From: Blastocatellales bacterium | GTDB lineage: Bacteria; Acidobacteriota; Blastocatellia; RBC074 | Assembly (NCBI GenBank): GCA_050187295.1 | Contig: JBFWXQ010000006.1 | Coordinates: 110,296 to 174,295, forward strand | Reading direction: 5' to 3' | DNA length: 64,000 bases | Shown: positions 1 to 12,194 of the stretch, in pieces | How positions within the stretch are numbered: position 1 is the stretch's first letter | Layout of the letters: the number at the start of each line of letters is the position of its first letter | Program-made: the position numbers and the translations under genes | The notes under the pieces: generated by a model | Databases searched by the model: none | Told to the model about the DNA's origin: nothing | Seen by the model: the letters and a program-made list of their open reading frames with translations, nothing else

Positions 1-1
1 T

Positions 2-2182
2 GACAGTCAAAACGTCGAACACAAAGCGCCACTCTTTTTTGTCTCTGATCAGCAAATCAACTATCTAATTCCATCACGCGCGGCTTTGGGTCCGGCTCAG
101 TTGACGATTACAAATTCCAATGGCGCGCTTTCGCGCGGCGAATTGCAATTGGTCAGTTCATCGCCAGCGATCTTCACTACCTCATACACCGGGCGCGGAT
201 TGCCCGTCGCGCTGACGACTTACGACGGAGTTTTTTATGAAGGCGTGACCAATCCGGACGGTTCGGCCAAACCTGTCAACCCCGGCAGTCAATGGCGTCC
301 TAATTATCTGCTGCTGTTTGGAACCGGTTTCAGCAATGAGGCCAACCTGCGAGTCCGCATAGGCAATCAGGAAATCACGCCGCTGTATGCCGGAGCGCAG
401 GGATCTTTCGCCGGACTTGATCAAATCAATTTGATGTTGCCTGCCGATATGCCCGGCGGCATTGCCGACGTGAGGCTGATTTCAAACGGACGCGCCAGCA
501 ACATCGTTCAATTGCGCATCGCCGGTGAAGCAATAGCTGCACAAAACGGACTGACCGAAGACGATGTGCGAACCATCATCGCCCAGGCTGTCGGCAAAGC
601 GCAGCAACTTGGAATGCGCATCACCGTTGCCGTGTTGGACAAGGAAGCCAACATTCTGGGCGTTTTCAAAATGACCGGAGCGCGCAACGACATCAAAATC
701 GGTTCAACCAATCTGTTGACAGGCCAACCGGGCAAGCCGGCCGACCCTGATGGTCTGAACGAATTTGTCGTCCCGCTGCTGAACCCGGATGGAACCTTTG
801 TTGCGCCACCGGGTATTTTGCGGGACGGAGCATCGCTTGCGGCGATTTCAAAGGCTGGCACTTCGGCGTTTTTCAGCACACAGGGCAATGCATTCACGAC
901 ACGAACCGCCAGCTTCATCATTCAGGAACATTTTCCTCCGCAGGTGCAGTTCCAACCCGGCGGCCCTCTGTTCGGCGTGCAGTTTTCTCAATTACCTTGT
1001 TCTGACGTGAAGATTCCAAATCTGCCGTTGGGGCTTTCAGGCGATCCAGGCAGCGCACCGATTTACAAAAATGGAATTGCCGCAGGCGGGGTCGGCATTG
1101 AAGGCGATGGTTTGTATTCGATTGACATTGATCCGTCGGATCAGGACCAGCTGCCTGAAGAAATTATCGCAGTTGCGGCAACGCTGGGATTTGAGCCTCC
1201 GACATCTATTCGTGGCGACCAAATCGTTGTTGACGGAGTTCGCCTGCCATACGTCAATGCCGCTCAAACCGGTGGAAACGCTCCGGCGTTTGGGAGCTTG
1301 CCCGGAACCATAGTGGTTCCGATTCGCGCAGCACAGCCATCTCTATTCACCCCGCTGACGCTTGGAGGAGTTCCAGGCAGGATTGATTCACGCTTCTTCC
1401 CGTTCAAAGCTGGCGCGGCCAACAATGGGCAGAATCTGACCGCAGCCGATGTCAATACAATCATCACTCAGGCTGCACAGCAGGCTTACCGAACCCGTGC
1501 CGCTATTAGGCAACCAATTGGTTCACCTGCGGAAGTCAACATTACTGTTACCGATGTCACCGGCACCGTGTTGGGAATATTCAGCACGCAGGACGCGCCG
1601 ATTTTCGGTTTTGATGTCAGCGCGCAGAAAGCTCGCACAGCGGCTTATTTCAGCGGCGCAACCGCTGGATCGCAATTGCGGGCGGCAGAAGGCGGCAGGT
1701 TCGCCAAGTTTGTTGATGCCGCGGCTGCAGACGGTTTGAAAATGGACGGGTCTGTTGCTTTCAGCGACCGCGCCAATGGTTTTTTGAGCCGTCCGTTTCT
1801 TCCTGATGGCATAGATGGAACCGCGAATGGCCCGTTTTCCAAACCAATCAATATCTGGTCTCCATTCAATAACGGGTTGCAGATTGCATTGGTTAAAACT
1901 GCATTGGGCAGAATCCTGAGCGGATTGCCCGTAACGAGTTGCACGGCTATTCCCAGTCTTCCGAATGGAATTCAAATCTTTGCCGGCAGCGTGCCGCTTT
2001 ATAAAAACGGAGTGCTGGTGGGAGCCATCGGCATCAGCGGCGACGGCATTGATCAGGATGACCTCATTGCCTCGGCGGGCAGTGTTGGCTTTGAAGCTCC
2101 TGCGGCAATCCGCGCCGATCAGATTTTCGTGCGAGGTGTGCGACTGCCTTACGTCAAGTTCCCTCGCCATCCGAATTTGTGA
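2..2182 (+). CDS. 5'-truncated protein: Solibacter-type (TIGR03437-like, IPT/TIG) domain followed by two GlcG/HbpS (DUF336) heme-binding domains
   Basis: The frame is open from the window edge (DSQNVEHKAPLFFVSDQQINYLIP...). It has the Soli_cterm-like motifs APLFFVS..QINY and YAGAQGSFAGLDQIN. Two GlcG-like repeats follow: AISKAGTSAFFS...APIYKNGIAAGGVGIEGDG and SAQKARTAAYFS...VPLYKNGVLVGAIGISGDG. Confidence 0.75.
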   Translation, partial: DSQNVEHKAPLFFVSDQQINYLIPSRAALGPAQLTITNSNGALSRGELQLVSSSPAIFTTSYTGRGLPVALTTYDGVFYEGVTNPDGSAKPVNPGSQWRPNYLLLFGTGFSNEANLRVRIGNQEITPLYAGAQGSFAGLDQINLMLPADMPGGIADVRLISNGRASNIVQLRIAGEAIAAQNGLTEDDVRTIIAQAVGKAQQLGMRITVAVLDKEANILGVFKMTGARNDIKIGSTNLLTGQPGKPADPDGLNEFVVPLLNPDGTFVAPPGILRDGASLAAISKAGTSAFFSTQGNAFTTRTASFIIQEHFPPQVQFQPGGPLFGVQFSQLPCSDVKIPNLPLGLSGDPGSAPIYKNGIAAGGVGIEGDGLYSIDIDPSDQDQLPEEIIAVAATLGFEPPTSIRGDQIVVDGVRLPYVNAAQTGGNAPAFGSLPGTIVVPIRAAQPSLFTPLTLGGVPGRIDSRFFPFKAGAANNGQNLTAADVNTIITQAAQQAYRTRAAIRQPIGSPAEVNITVTDVTGTVLGIFSTQDAPIFGFDVSAQKARTAAYFSGATAGSQLRAAEGGRFAKFVDAAAADGLKMDGSVAFSDRANGFLSRPFLPDGIDGTANGPFSKPINIWSPFNNGLQIALVKTALGRILSGLPVTSCTAIPSLPNGIQIFAGSVPLYKNGVLVGAIGISGDGIDQDDLIASAGSVGFEAPAAIRADQIFVRGVRLPYVKFPRHPNL

Positions 2183-4248
2183 AAATGAAACGCCTCGTTG
2201 TTATTTCCTTCGTTCTTGTCATTGGCGCGATGTGGTGCGGTTACAATCTGCTGGCCGCACCCAACGCGCAAAGATCGCGCTCCGCCTCTAGTTCGAAGTT
2301 TTCCAAATTCACTCACAAATCACACAAAGGTCGTGTCAAAAGCTTGATTGCCAAAAACAAGACAATCGAGCTTGATTGCGCTTACTGTCATGGCACAACC
2401 GTCAAAGACAAACTTGGCAAAGACCAACACGACATCGAAGTCATAGGTTATCCCAGCCATCTGAAAGGAGCGCAGGACGCCAAAACACATTCATCTTGCA
2501 CCGAATGTCATATTTTTACTGGCGCCGGGACACGGCAGGAAATGTGCCTGATCTGTCATGAAAAGACTTCATTTGATTCGAAGGTGATGGCGACCAACAT
2601 CCTGCGCTTTCCGAATCCAGACGGCGGCGGCGTGTCGCAGTTTTACGATTACTTTTCACACGGCGACCACGTTGATTTTTACGACCAGTACGCGACGCAA
2701 ACGCCGCTGAAAGACCGGATCAAATTTTACGATTCAAAAGCTGCTGACCCGAAAGCCAACAAGGGTTTGGACAAAAGCAAGTTCGAATGCTCTTCCTGTC
2801 ACACGATGAACACGGCTCCGGTGGCAGTCGCCAAAATCAACTTCGCCGCCGGAGTGAAAATGAGCGCTCCAGGTCACCCTGAATGCTTCGTCTGCCATTT
2901 CGATCCGAAAATCGTTTCTCCGCCGAAACCCGACAAACCGAATCCGAAAAACACCTTTGCGACGAATTGCACCGGATGCCATCAGGACACCGGCAAATCG
3001 TTGAAAGATGGTCGTCCGGTTATGGGTTCTGAGTTGGCGGTTCACTGGTTCGCGCGGCAAATCGTCAACACCGAACTCAATCCGTCGAAACAAGGCAAAA
3101 AATCGCCGCTGCCGTTCAGCCACAAAACTCACGATGACGCCATTGGCAAAAGCGTCGCAGATTGTTTGTCTTGTCACGCGACGGCCAAAACGGCCAACAC
3201 GCTGAAAGATTTTTATCTGGAAGATCGCAAGACGAAGGAGAAGCAACCGGTTGCTGTGGGCTGCGTGGATTGCCACAAGAAAGACGGCATGCAGATGAAG
3301 ATCGAAGCGGCAGTGACGCTTGAAACCGCCAGGTGTAATTACTGTCATTCGCTGGCGACGATCAAGGCTTTCGGCGCGAAAGGCGTTCCGCTGCCGCCGC
3401 CAAGCCATTTCGGCAAGAAAGCGATTCAACCCGCGCCTGCGGTTGCGACAGTTCCAACAACTACGCAACCGACAACGCCTGCTCCGCAAACGCCAGCAGC
3501 GCAACCGCCCAAACCTTCGCCAGCGCCGACGCCTGTAACTGCGCAACCAACGCCAGCGCCAACTCAACCGGCCGCGACGCCTAAACCTGAAACGAAACCG
3601 GCGACGGCGCAAAACACAACTCCGGCTGCGACGCCAACGCCAGCGCCGCCCAAACCTTCACCTGCGCCGGCGCCCGTGGTTGCACAACCGGCAACCACGA
3701 CGCCACCACCACCGACAACCGCAACTCCAGGCGCTGTAAAACCAGCGCCGACAGGAATCATTCGTCTGGGCGACCCGAACGAAAGTCCGCATTGGGGACA
3801 ACATAACAAATGGGGTGTGGTGGAAAATTTCAATCACGGAAATCACATCAAACCATCATATTCCCAGCGTTGCGAGGACTGTCACCATACAAACAAAGAC
3901 GCGCGAGTCGAGGCCGTATTGAAATGCATTACCTGCCACAAAGAACTAGGGAACGCGGATACTGACAGCAAGGGGGGCGGAGTCAGCGTTGAAGATGCTT
4001 ATCACGGCATTTCCGGAAGTTCGAATACCAACAACAAGGCCGGATGCATCGAATGTCACAAAACTTATCGCGACGAAAAAAACGCGGACACCAAGGCTCC
4101 GATCAGCCCATGTTCAGCCTGCCACACGGAAAAGCAGGCCATGATTGACCGGCGCAAGCTCAAACCCAACCGCGGCAGTTGGGCTAACAGGAATGAAATT
4201 GCTATGCTGCAATGGGTTTATGATTTCCGCTTGAAGGCCCGACGCTGA
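2179..4248 (+). CDS. Exported multiheme c-type cytochrome with 13 CxxCH motifs (9 + Pro/Thr linker + 4)
   Basis: N-terminal signal peptide. Motifs CAYCH, CTECH, CLICH, CSSCH, CFVCH, CTGCH, CLSCH, CVDCH, CNYCH precede the linker; CEDCH, CITCH, CIECH, CSACH follow it. F(T/S/N)HxxH distal-ligand motifs are of c3/c7 type. The GTG start overlaps the upstream TGA. Confidence 0.9.
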   Translation: MKMKRLVVISFVLVIGAMWCGYNLLAAPNAQRSRSASSSKFSKFTHKSHKGRVKSLIAKNKTIELDCAYCHGTTVKDKLGKDQHDIEVIGYPSHLKGAQDAKTHSSCTECHIFTGAGTRQEMCLICHEKTSFDSKVMATNILRFPNPDGGGVSQFYDYFSHGDHVDFYDQYATQTPLKDRIKFYDSKAADPKANKGLDKSKFECSSCHTMNTAPVAVAKINFAAGVKMSAPGHPECFVCHFDPKIVSPPKPDKPNPKNTFATNCTGCHQDTGKSLKDGRPVMGSELAVHWFARQIVNTELNPSKQGKKSPLPFSHKTHDDAIGKSVADCLSCHATAKTANTLKDFYLEDRKTKEKQPVAVGCVDCHKKDGMQMKIEAAVTLETARCNYCHSLATIKAFGAKGVPLPPPSHFGKKAIQPAPAVATVPTTTQPTTPAPQTPAAQPPKPSPAPTPVTAQPTPAPTQPAATPKPETKPATAQNTTPAATPTPAPPKPSPAPAPVVAQPATTTPPPPTTATPGAVKPAPTGIIRLGDPNESPHWGQHNKWGVVENFNHGNHIKPSYSQRCEDCHHTNKDARVEAVLKCITCHKELGNADTDSKGGGVSVEDAYHGISGSSNTNNKAGCIECHKTYRDEKNADTKAPISPCSACHTEKQAMIDRRKLKPNRGSWANRNEIAMLQWVYDFRLKARR

Positions 4249-4294
4249 CCAAAGAATTCGCCGCGTTACTTGACGACCTCAAACACGCATCACA

Positions 4295-5296
4295 ATGCAG
4301 ATGGAAAAAATAAAACTCACGCTCGCGCTCTGCGGCCTGACCGCTTGCTTTGCTCTCTTCAATCCTTTTGACGCACGCGGTCAGCAATCAAAACCTGCTC
4401 CAACTCCAGTTCAAGACGCGCCGACATCAACGCCAACACCTCCCAATTACGAGAAGTTCACGCATCAATCGCACTTGGGCGTCATCAAAGTGCCCGGCAC
4501 GTTTCAAGCGCACGAATTGAAATGCGATTCGTGTCACGATCAGCGTGATTTGATGAAAGACCTGGTGCCGACCACCATTCGAAACAAAAAGGAACTGCTT
4601 AAATTTCCAGGTCACAAAGCCTGCGTCGAATGCCACATCACGCAATTCACGGCTCTGCCGCAGCAAACCTGCACCATCTGCCACGAAGTAAAACAGGGGC
4701 TGAGCGCCAGACCGCCGCAACGCGACTTTCCTTATCGTTACGATTTCAACGCTTTTTTCGACGCCAAACAGCACGAAGCTCACATCACATACAACCTGCC
4801 ATCGGGCGCCAGGACCGATTGCAATTTCTGTCATCAACAATTGGATAAACCCGCATTGGTTGGCGTTGGCGCGCACCCGGCCTGTTATGTTTGCCATTCA
4901 CCCACAAGCACGGACAAAAAAGCCGCGTCAAAATCCGGATGCAACGTTTGCCACACCGAACAAACTTCAAACGATCCGTCCGTGCTGCGACAACCGAGCA
5001 AGGCTTACGACGCAAAATTCACACATAAAACTCACGTCGGTTATGCCAACGGAGATTGCATGGCCTGTCATACGATCAGCGGGGGCTATAACCAGATTTC
5101 GCCCGCCACGTTGAAAATCACCGCTCACGCCGTGCCGGATCAGCGCAATGGCAAAGGCTGTTTCAGTTGTCACGACGGCGGCAGGCATTATGGCCGAATC
5201 GTTTTCAGCGGGGAACCAGACAACGCCGGAGGCAGCGCTTGCAGCAAATGTCATTCTCGCAATGATTACAAAGTCTACGCCAGATCAGGTTTCTAA
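4295..5296 (+). CDS. Exported nonaheme c-type cytochrome (three c7-like triheme units)
   Basis: Signal peptide. Motifs CDSCH, CVECH, CTICH, CNFCH, CYVCH, CNVCH, CMACH, CFSCH, CSKCH, plus FTHQSH and FTHKTH. Confidence 0.9.
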   Translation: MQMEKIKLTLALCGLTACFALFNPFDARGQQSKPAPTPVQDAPTSTPTPPNYEKFTHQSHLGVIKVPGTFQAHELKCDSCHDQRDLMKDLVPTTIRNKKELLKFPGHKACVECHITQFTALPQQTCTICHEVKQGLSARPPQRDFPYRYDFNAFFDAKQHEAHITYNLPSGARTDCNFCHQQLDKPALVGVGAHPACYVCHSPTSTDKKAASKSGCNVCHTEQTSNDPSVLRQPSKAYDAKFTHKTHVGYANGDCMACHTISGGYNQISPATLKITAHAVPDQRNGKGCFSCHDGGRHYGRIVFSGEPDNAGGSACSKCHSRNDYKVYARSGF

Positions 5297-5330
5297 CCCT
5301 GTCCATCTTTAACAATCCGGAGAACTGTTG

Positions 5331-7040
5331 ATGAAAATCCGTGCCCTGCTGTCTTTGTTACTGTTTTATTCGTTGCTAGCTCTGAAACCGGTCAAAGCTC
5401 AAGTCGAACCTGCCGACATCGTTTTCAAAAACGGCAACGTTTACACCGTCAACGACGATCAACCGAAAGCCGAAGCCATCGCCATCAAATACGGACGCAT
5501 AGTTTTCGTTGGTTCGAATGCGGACGTCAAAAAATACGAAGGCAAGAAAGTCACGAAAATAATTGACCTGAAAGGCGCGACTGTCGTGCCGGGTCTGGCC
5601 GATGCTCATTATCATTTTTCCGGCGTCGGATTCCGCGAAATGAATCTGAATCTGGAAGGCACCACCAGCCTCGACGATTTTCTGGCCAAAGTGAAAGCTC
5701 GTGTTGACAGAGCCAAACCTGGCGAATGGGTGACTGGTCGCGGATGGATAGAAACTTTCTGGAAGCCGCAGGCTTTTCCGACGCGATGGGACCTGGACAA
5801 GATCGCTCCGAACAATCCTGTTTACCTGACCCGAGCCGATGGTCACGGAGCAGTCGCCAACAGCGCGGCGCTGAAAATCGCCGGAATTGATAAAAACACT
5901 GAAAGCCCTTTCGGCGGCGAAATCATGCGGGACAAAGAGCGCGGCGAACCGAACGGCATGCTGTTAGACCGCGCTCAGGGACTGGTAGGTCGCCACATTC
6001 CGGCTTCAACCAAGGCCGACTTGGAACAGGCGTTGTTGCTGGCCGACAAACGCAGCATTTCGCTGGGCTGGACTCAGGTGCAGGACGCGGGCGTCAGTTG
6101 GGATCAGATCGAGTTGATGAAGAAACTGTTCGGCGAGCAGAAATTGAAAATCCGATTGTACGAAGCGATTCGCGGCCCCGGCGCCGACGCTCAGCGTTTG
6201 TTGCGCGAAGGCGCTCAGATCGGTCTTTACGACGGCAAGCTGACCGTTCGCACTATCAAGGTCAGCATTGACGGCGCGCTCGGATCAAAAGGCGCTGCAC
6301 TGCTGGAAAATTACGCCGATCACGACACCAACGGCTTTCTGACTTTCAAGGAAGATCAAGTCCTGCCGATGCTCAACGAAGCGTTGAGAAAATCCATTCA
6401 AGTCGAAGTCCACGCCATCGGCGACCGCGCCAACCGGACGATCCTTGATTGGTACGAAACCGTCTTCAACGAAGTGCCGATGATCCAGCGGATGGATCGC
6501 AATCCTCCGCGATGGCGTGTCGAACACGCGCAGATTCTCGATCCGGCGGATATTCCGCGCTTTGCCAAATTGGGAGTTATTCCTTCCATGCAACCTTCGC
6601 ATGCAATCGGAGATTTGCATTTTGCTCAAAGCCGTTTGGGGATGAAACGATTGGCGGGCGCTTACGCGTGGCAAAGTCTGATTAAAACCGGCGTGGTCAT
6701 TGCCGGAGGCTCAGACGCTCCGGTCGAACGCGGCGAACCGATGATCGAATTTTACGCGGCGGTCACTCGCAAAGATCAGAAAGGATTTTCCGGCGAAGGC
6801 TGGCATCCGGAAGAAAAAGTCACGCGCGAGCAGGCGCTGAAGATGTTCACGGCCTGGGCGGCTTACGCGGCCTTCGAGGAAAAACAACGCGGTTCGATTG
6901 AACCTGGAAAATGGGCTGATTTGACGGTTCTGTCAGCGGACATCATGCAAATTCCCGAAACAGAAATCTTGAAAACTCGCTGCGTCATGACGGTCATTGG
7001 CGGCGAGGTCGTCTTCGATTCAACCGGCGGAAAAAAATGA
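5331..7040 (+). CDS. Secreted metal-dependent amidohydrolase (Amidohydro_3/YtcJ-like)
   Basis: Motifs VVPGLADAHYH, VEVHAIGDRA, RVEHAQ, GGSDAPVE and GSIEPGKWADLTVL. Signal peptide present; GGAG RBS lies 8 nt before ATG 5331. Confidence 0.88.
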   Translation: MKIRALLSLLLFYSLLALKPVKAQVEPADIVFKNGNVYTVNDDQPKAEAIAIKYGRIVFVGSNADVKKYEGKKVTKIIDLKGATVVPGLADAHYHFSGVGFREMNLNLEGTTSLDDFLAKVKARVDRAKPGEWVTGRGWIETFWKPQAFPTRWDLDKIAPNNPVYLTRADGHGAVANSAALKIAGIDKNTESPFGGEIMRDKERGEPNGMLLDRAQGLVGRHIPASTKADLEQALLLADKRSISLGWTQVQDAGVSWDQIELMKKLFGEQKLKIRLYEAIRGPGADAQRLLREGAQIGLYDGKLTVRTIKVSIDGALGSKGAALLENYADHDTNGFLTFKEDQVLPMLNEALRKSIQVEVHAIGDRANRTILDWYETVFNEVPMIQRMDRNPPRWRVEHAQILDPADIPRFAKLGVIPSMQPSHAIGDLHFAQSRLGMKRLAGAYAWQSLIKTGVVIAGGSDAPVERGEPMIEFYAAVTRKDQKGFSGEGWHPEEKVTREQALKMFTAWAAYAAFEEKQRGSIEPGKWADLTVLSADIMQIPETEILKTRCVMTVIGGEVVFDSTGGKK

Positions 7041-7045
7041 GGCGA

Positions 7046-8401
7046 TCATTTCGCCGCTTCAACCAATTTGAATGAATCCAGCCAGAGCATGCCGTTGATC
7101 GGACACGGAGGTTCAGGGCATGGTTCGCGTTGCAAACGAACGGTGACGGCTTCGGTTTTGGGGTCGGTGGTGAATTTTATTTGCTCAATGCGCCAGTCGC
7201 TGCTGCCCAAAGGCCATTTTTCCGCCGCAATCCGCAACCGCCTGGGATCGGCGGCATCAATCACTTCGACAATCGGCATGCTCAGACTTCGCAGGTCTTC
7301 GGCCTTCACAGCGTAAGTCAGGACGTAGCTGGTGGAAGATTTGGCTGGAATGGTTTGCGAAAAAATGGTCATCGGAATGTTGTCGCGGGCGTCGAAGCCG
7401 ACTCGCAAAGTTTGCTGGCCTTGTTTCGGGTCTTTGCGATCGAGTGAAACCTTGACTCCACCGATCAGCGCGATTCGCCAGGTCAGAAACGGCGTTTGCG
7501 AATTGAGCGTCAGAGGCATTTCAAAATCGCCGTTTGATAACAACGATCCGGCATCAACCGCCGGATGATTTTCAGCGGGAACGCCCGACCAGACTTCGTA
7601 GGCCGCCGCCATTCGCCCCGCGCCGATCAGAGCTGTGGAAACTTGCTCGGCTTCGCGTGGCTTGCGAATGGATGCGTTTCTCCAAACATTCATCGCATCT
7701 TCAACGCGATCGTGCCTGATCAAAAAAATCGCCAGTTCGGCCTGCGCTTCCCTGGCCGGAGCCAGCGCCGAGGCAATCGCCTGCCCATCTCCCTGATAAG
7801 CGTCCCAGGCATAATCCAACACCAAAGGCAACGCCAACGGTCGGCTGATTAGCGCTTGCCGAAAATGCGCGAAAGCCGATTCACGATCTCCGGTTCGTAA
7901 CAGGAAGTTGCCCATCGCCCACTGAGGATCAAAATGCCTGGGCGCCAGCGTCATGGCTTTTTCCAACGCCGAGCGCGCTCCCTGTTGATCCCCGCTGCGT
8001 TCCAGCGCGCGGCCCAAGGCCATCCAGCTTCGATAATCCGCCGGACTGATTTTCGTTGCCAAACGGAAATCTTCCAGCGCCAGATTCATTTGCTCGTTGT
8101 TCTGTTCATTGGTGGCCGACGCCAAATAAACCGCTCCGCGCCCCATTCGCAACAATGGGTCTTCTCCCGAATAATGGACCGCAATGTCCGCGCCTTGCAA
8201 TTGCGCCGCTGGTTCCAGATTCGGATTGCGCAAAACGAATGTCATCACGCTGTCGCCAATGGCAAAGCGAATGACAGGCCAGGAAAGCGCCGCCAGTCCA
8301 ATGGTTGCGACAATGAAAAACAGCGCTCGAAAAACGACTGGACGAAGTGGGATGGTGAACATAACGGTTGGAAATCTACTCAATCCTCCGCCGCTCGGCA
8401 A
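7046..8401 (-). CDS. Membrane-anchored TPR protein with C-terminal carbohydrate-binding-module-like (CBM4/9-like) domain
   Basis: N-terminal hydrophobic helix; TPR-like repeats (WMALGRALERSGD..ARSALEKA; WAMGNFLLRTGD); LLSNGDFE...WLDSFKL beta-sandwich signature. The start may be ATG 8362. Confidence 0.65.
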   Translation of the reverse strand: MPSGGGLSRFPTVMFTIPLRPVVFRALFFIVATIGLAALSWPVIRFAIGDSVMTFVLRNPNLEPAAQLQGADIAVHYSGEDPLLRMGRGAVYLASATNEQNNEQMNLALEDFRLATKISPADYRSWMALGRALERSGDQQGARSALEKAMTLAPRHFDPQWAMGNFLLRTGDRESAFAHFRQALISRPLALPLVLDYAWDAYQGDGQAIASALAPAREAQAELAIFLIRHDRVEDAMNVWRNASIRKPREAEQVSTALIGAGRMAAAYEVWSGVPAENHPAVDAGSLLSNGDFEMPLTLNSQTPFLTWRIALIGGVKVSLDRKDPKQGQQTLRVGFDARDNIPMTIFSQTIPAKSSTSYVLTYAVKAEDLRSLSMPIVEVIDAADPRRLRIAAEKWPLGSSDWRIEQIKFTTDPKTEAVTVRLQREPCPEPPCPINGMLWLDSFKLVEAAK

Positions 8402-8449
8402 GGCCAGAGCCAGAGGCTGAAACTCAACACAGCCTTAAAGTTAATGCGA

Positions 8450-8479
8450 TTGACAGCTTTTGAGAACATCGGCGATACT
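8450..8479 (+). promoter_or_regulatory. Candidate sigma70 promoter for the polysaccharide operon
   Basis: TTGACA (8450-8455), an 18-nt spacer, then GATACT (8474-8479), in the divergent intergenic region upstream of wza. Confidence 0.4.
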
Positions 8480-8752
8480 TAGGTCACCCGTTCAGGGAAA
8501 TCACCGTAAATGAATGAAAAGCTTTTTATTGCGCGGTTTCCCGTGCGGTTACGGGCTGGCTTTTTTCAGTCGCTTCGCCGACTTGCGATTTGATAACAGT
8601 CTCGGCGAATTTCTGATCAATCTCCCCGCTCAAGAGTGTCCGCCAAACTTTTGGGAAAACGCTGGCCGATCATCCGCTGAAAAAGATTGTCCGCGCCTAA
8701 CATTCTAATGTTGACGGCCGGGCCTTTTACCAGCGCGATTGAAAGGAATCAT

Positions 8753-9841
8753 ATGCTGCGGAAAAAGTTCATATCATCAGCAATTACCCTTTTCATTTTC
8801 CTGTTTTCCACCTCACTGCTTTGCGCGCAGAATCCTGCGCCTGTTCTGACGGCGGACAATCCCGCGCAGCCCGTCAAACTTCAAGAGGCGCAAACGGGTT
8901 TCCCAGATGCCGTGCGCGGAGCGGATCAGATTTATCGTGTCGGTCCTGGCGATTTGCTGGACATCAGAATCTTCAATCATCCGGAACTGAGCGGAGAACG
9001 CCGCATCAACGAAGCCGGACGCATCCGCCTGCCGTTCATCGAAGAACTGCAGGCAGCCTGTTTGACCGAAGCTGAAATTGCGTCGCAGATCACAGAAAAA
9101 TACAAAAAATTTTTACGCTTTCCTCAGGTGGATGTCCTGGTGAAAGAATACAAAAGCCTGCCCGTGGCCGTCATCGGTTCTGTCAATCAACCGGCACGGT
9201 TTCAGTTGCAACGCCGCGTCAGATTACTGGAACTGCTGACTTACGTTGGCGGCCCCAGCAATCGCGCGGGCAAGATCGTCCATGTCATACACAGCAACGA
9301 TTACGATTTCTGCCAGGTCAACCAGGCTCTGAATCAACAGACTGCGGCTCAAAATTCCGCCAACGTCGAAACAGAAAATCCCGAAGGCGGAACGATTTCA
9401 ATAACAACGGCACTGAGCACTGTGAATCTGTACGATGTTCTGTCCGGCAAATTGGACGCCAATCTTTACATTCAGCCCGGCGACATCGTCAGCATTCCCG
9501 AAGCCGATCAAATTTATGTGACGGGCGCGGTCAATCGTCCGGGCCCTTACGCTCTGACGACCAAATTGACTTTGACTCAGGCTGTGGCGATGGCCGGGGG
9601 AGTCAATACCGAAGGCGCAAAGAATCGCGTTCGCCTGATTCGTCAGGACGGCGAATCTGATAAACGCACGGAAGTCGTTTACAACCTGGAAGACATCAAC
9701 AAGCGAAAAATTAAAGATGTTGATTTGTTGCCCAACGACATCATCGAAGTGCCAAATTCAACGATGCGATTGGCGGCCAGAAACCTGTTGGGGGTCAGCA
9801 TCAACATGCTCAACACGCTTCCATTCTTTATTTTACGGTGA
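8753..9841 (+). CDS. wza: Polysaccharide export outer-membrane protein (Poly_export + SLBB domains)
   Basis: Motifs YRVGPGDLLDIRIF, VIGSVNQP, YIQPGDIVSIP, VTGAVNRPG and LLPNDIIEVP. AAGGA RBS before ATG 8753 (the ORF track starts at 8687). Confidence 0.85.
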   Translation: MLRKKFISSAITLFIFLFSTSLLCAQNPAPVLTADNPAQPVKLQEAQTGFPDAVRGADQIYRVGPGDLLDIRIFNHPELSGERRINEAGRIRLPFIEELQAACLTEAEIASQITEKYKKFLRFPQVDVLVKEYKSLPVAVIGSVNQPARFQLQRRVRLLELLTYVGGPSNRAGKIVHVIHSNDYDFCQVNQALNQQTAAQNSANVETENPEGGTISITTALSTVNLYDVLSGKLDANLYIQPGDIVSIPEADQIYVTGAVNRPGPYALTTKLTLTQAVAMAGGVNTEGAKNRVRLIRQDGESDKRTEVVYNLEDINKRKIKDVDLLPNDIIEVPNSTMRLAARNLLGVSINMLNTLPFFILR

Positions 9842-9908
9842 AGCGTTCACGCTTGACCGAGGACAGATCCGTGATTTGGTCGGGTGATTGGCAATTCCCA
9901 CTAAGCTT

Positions 9909-12194
<2,286 letters not shown>

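Noticed and set aside
2734-3612. 292-aa Arg/Trp-rich minus-strand ORF
   Set aside because: It is the antisense shadow of the cytochrome and its Pro/Thr linker; the low-complexity composition is explained by the sense gene.
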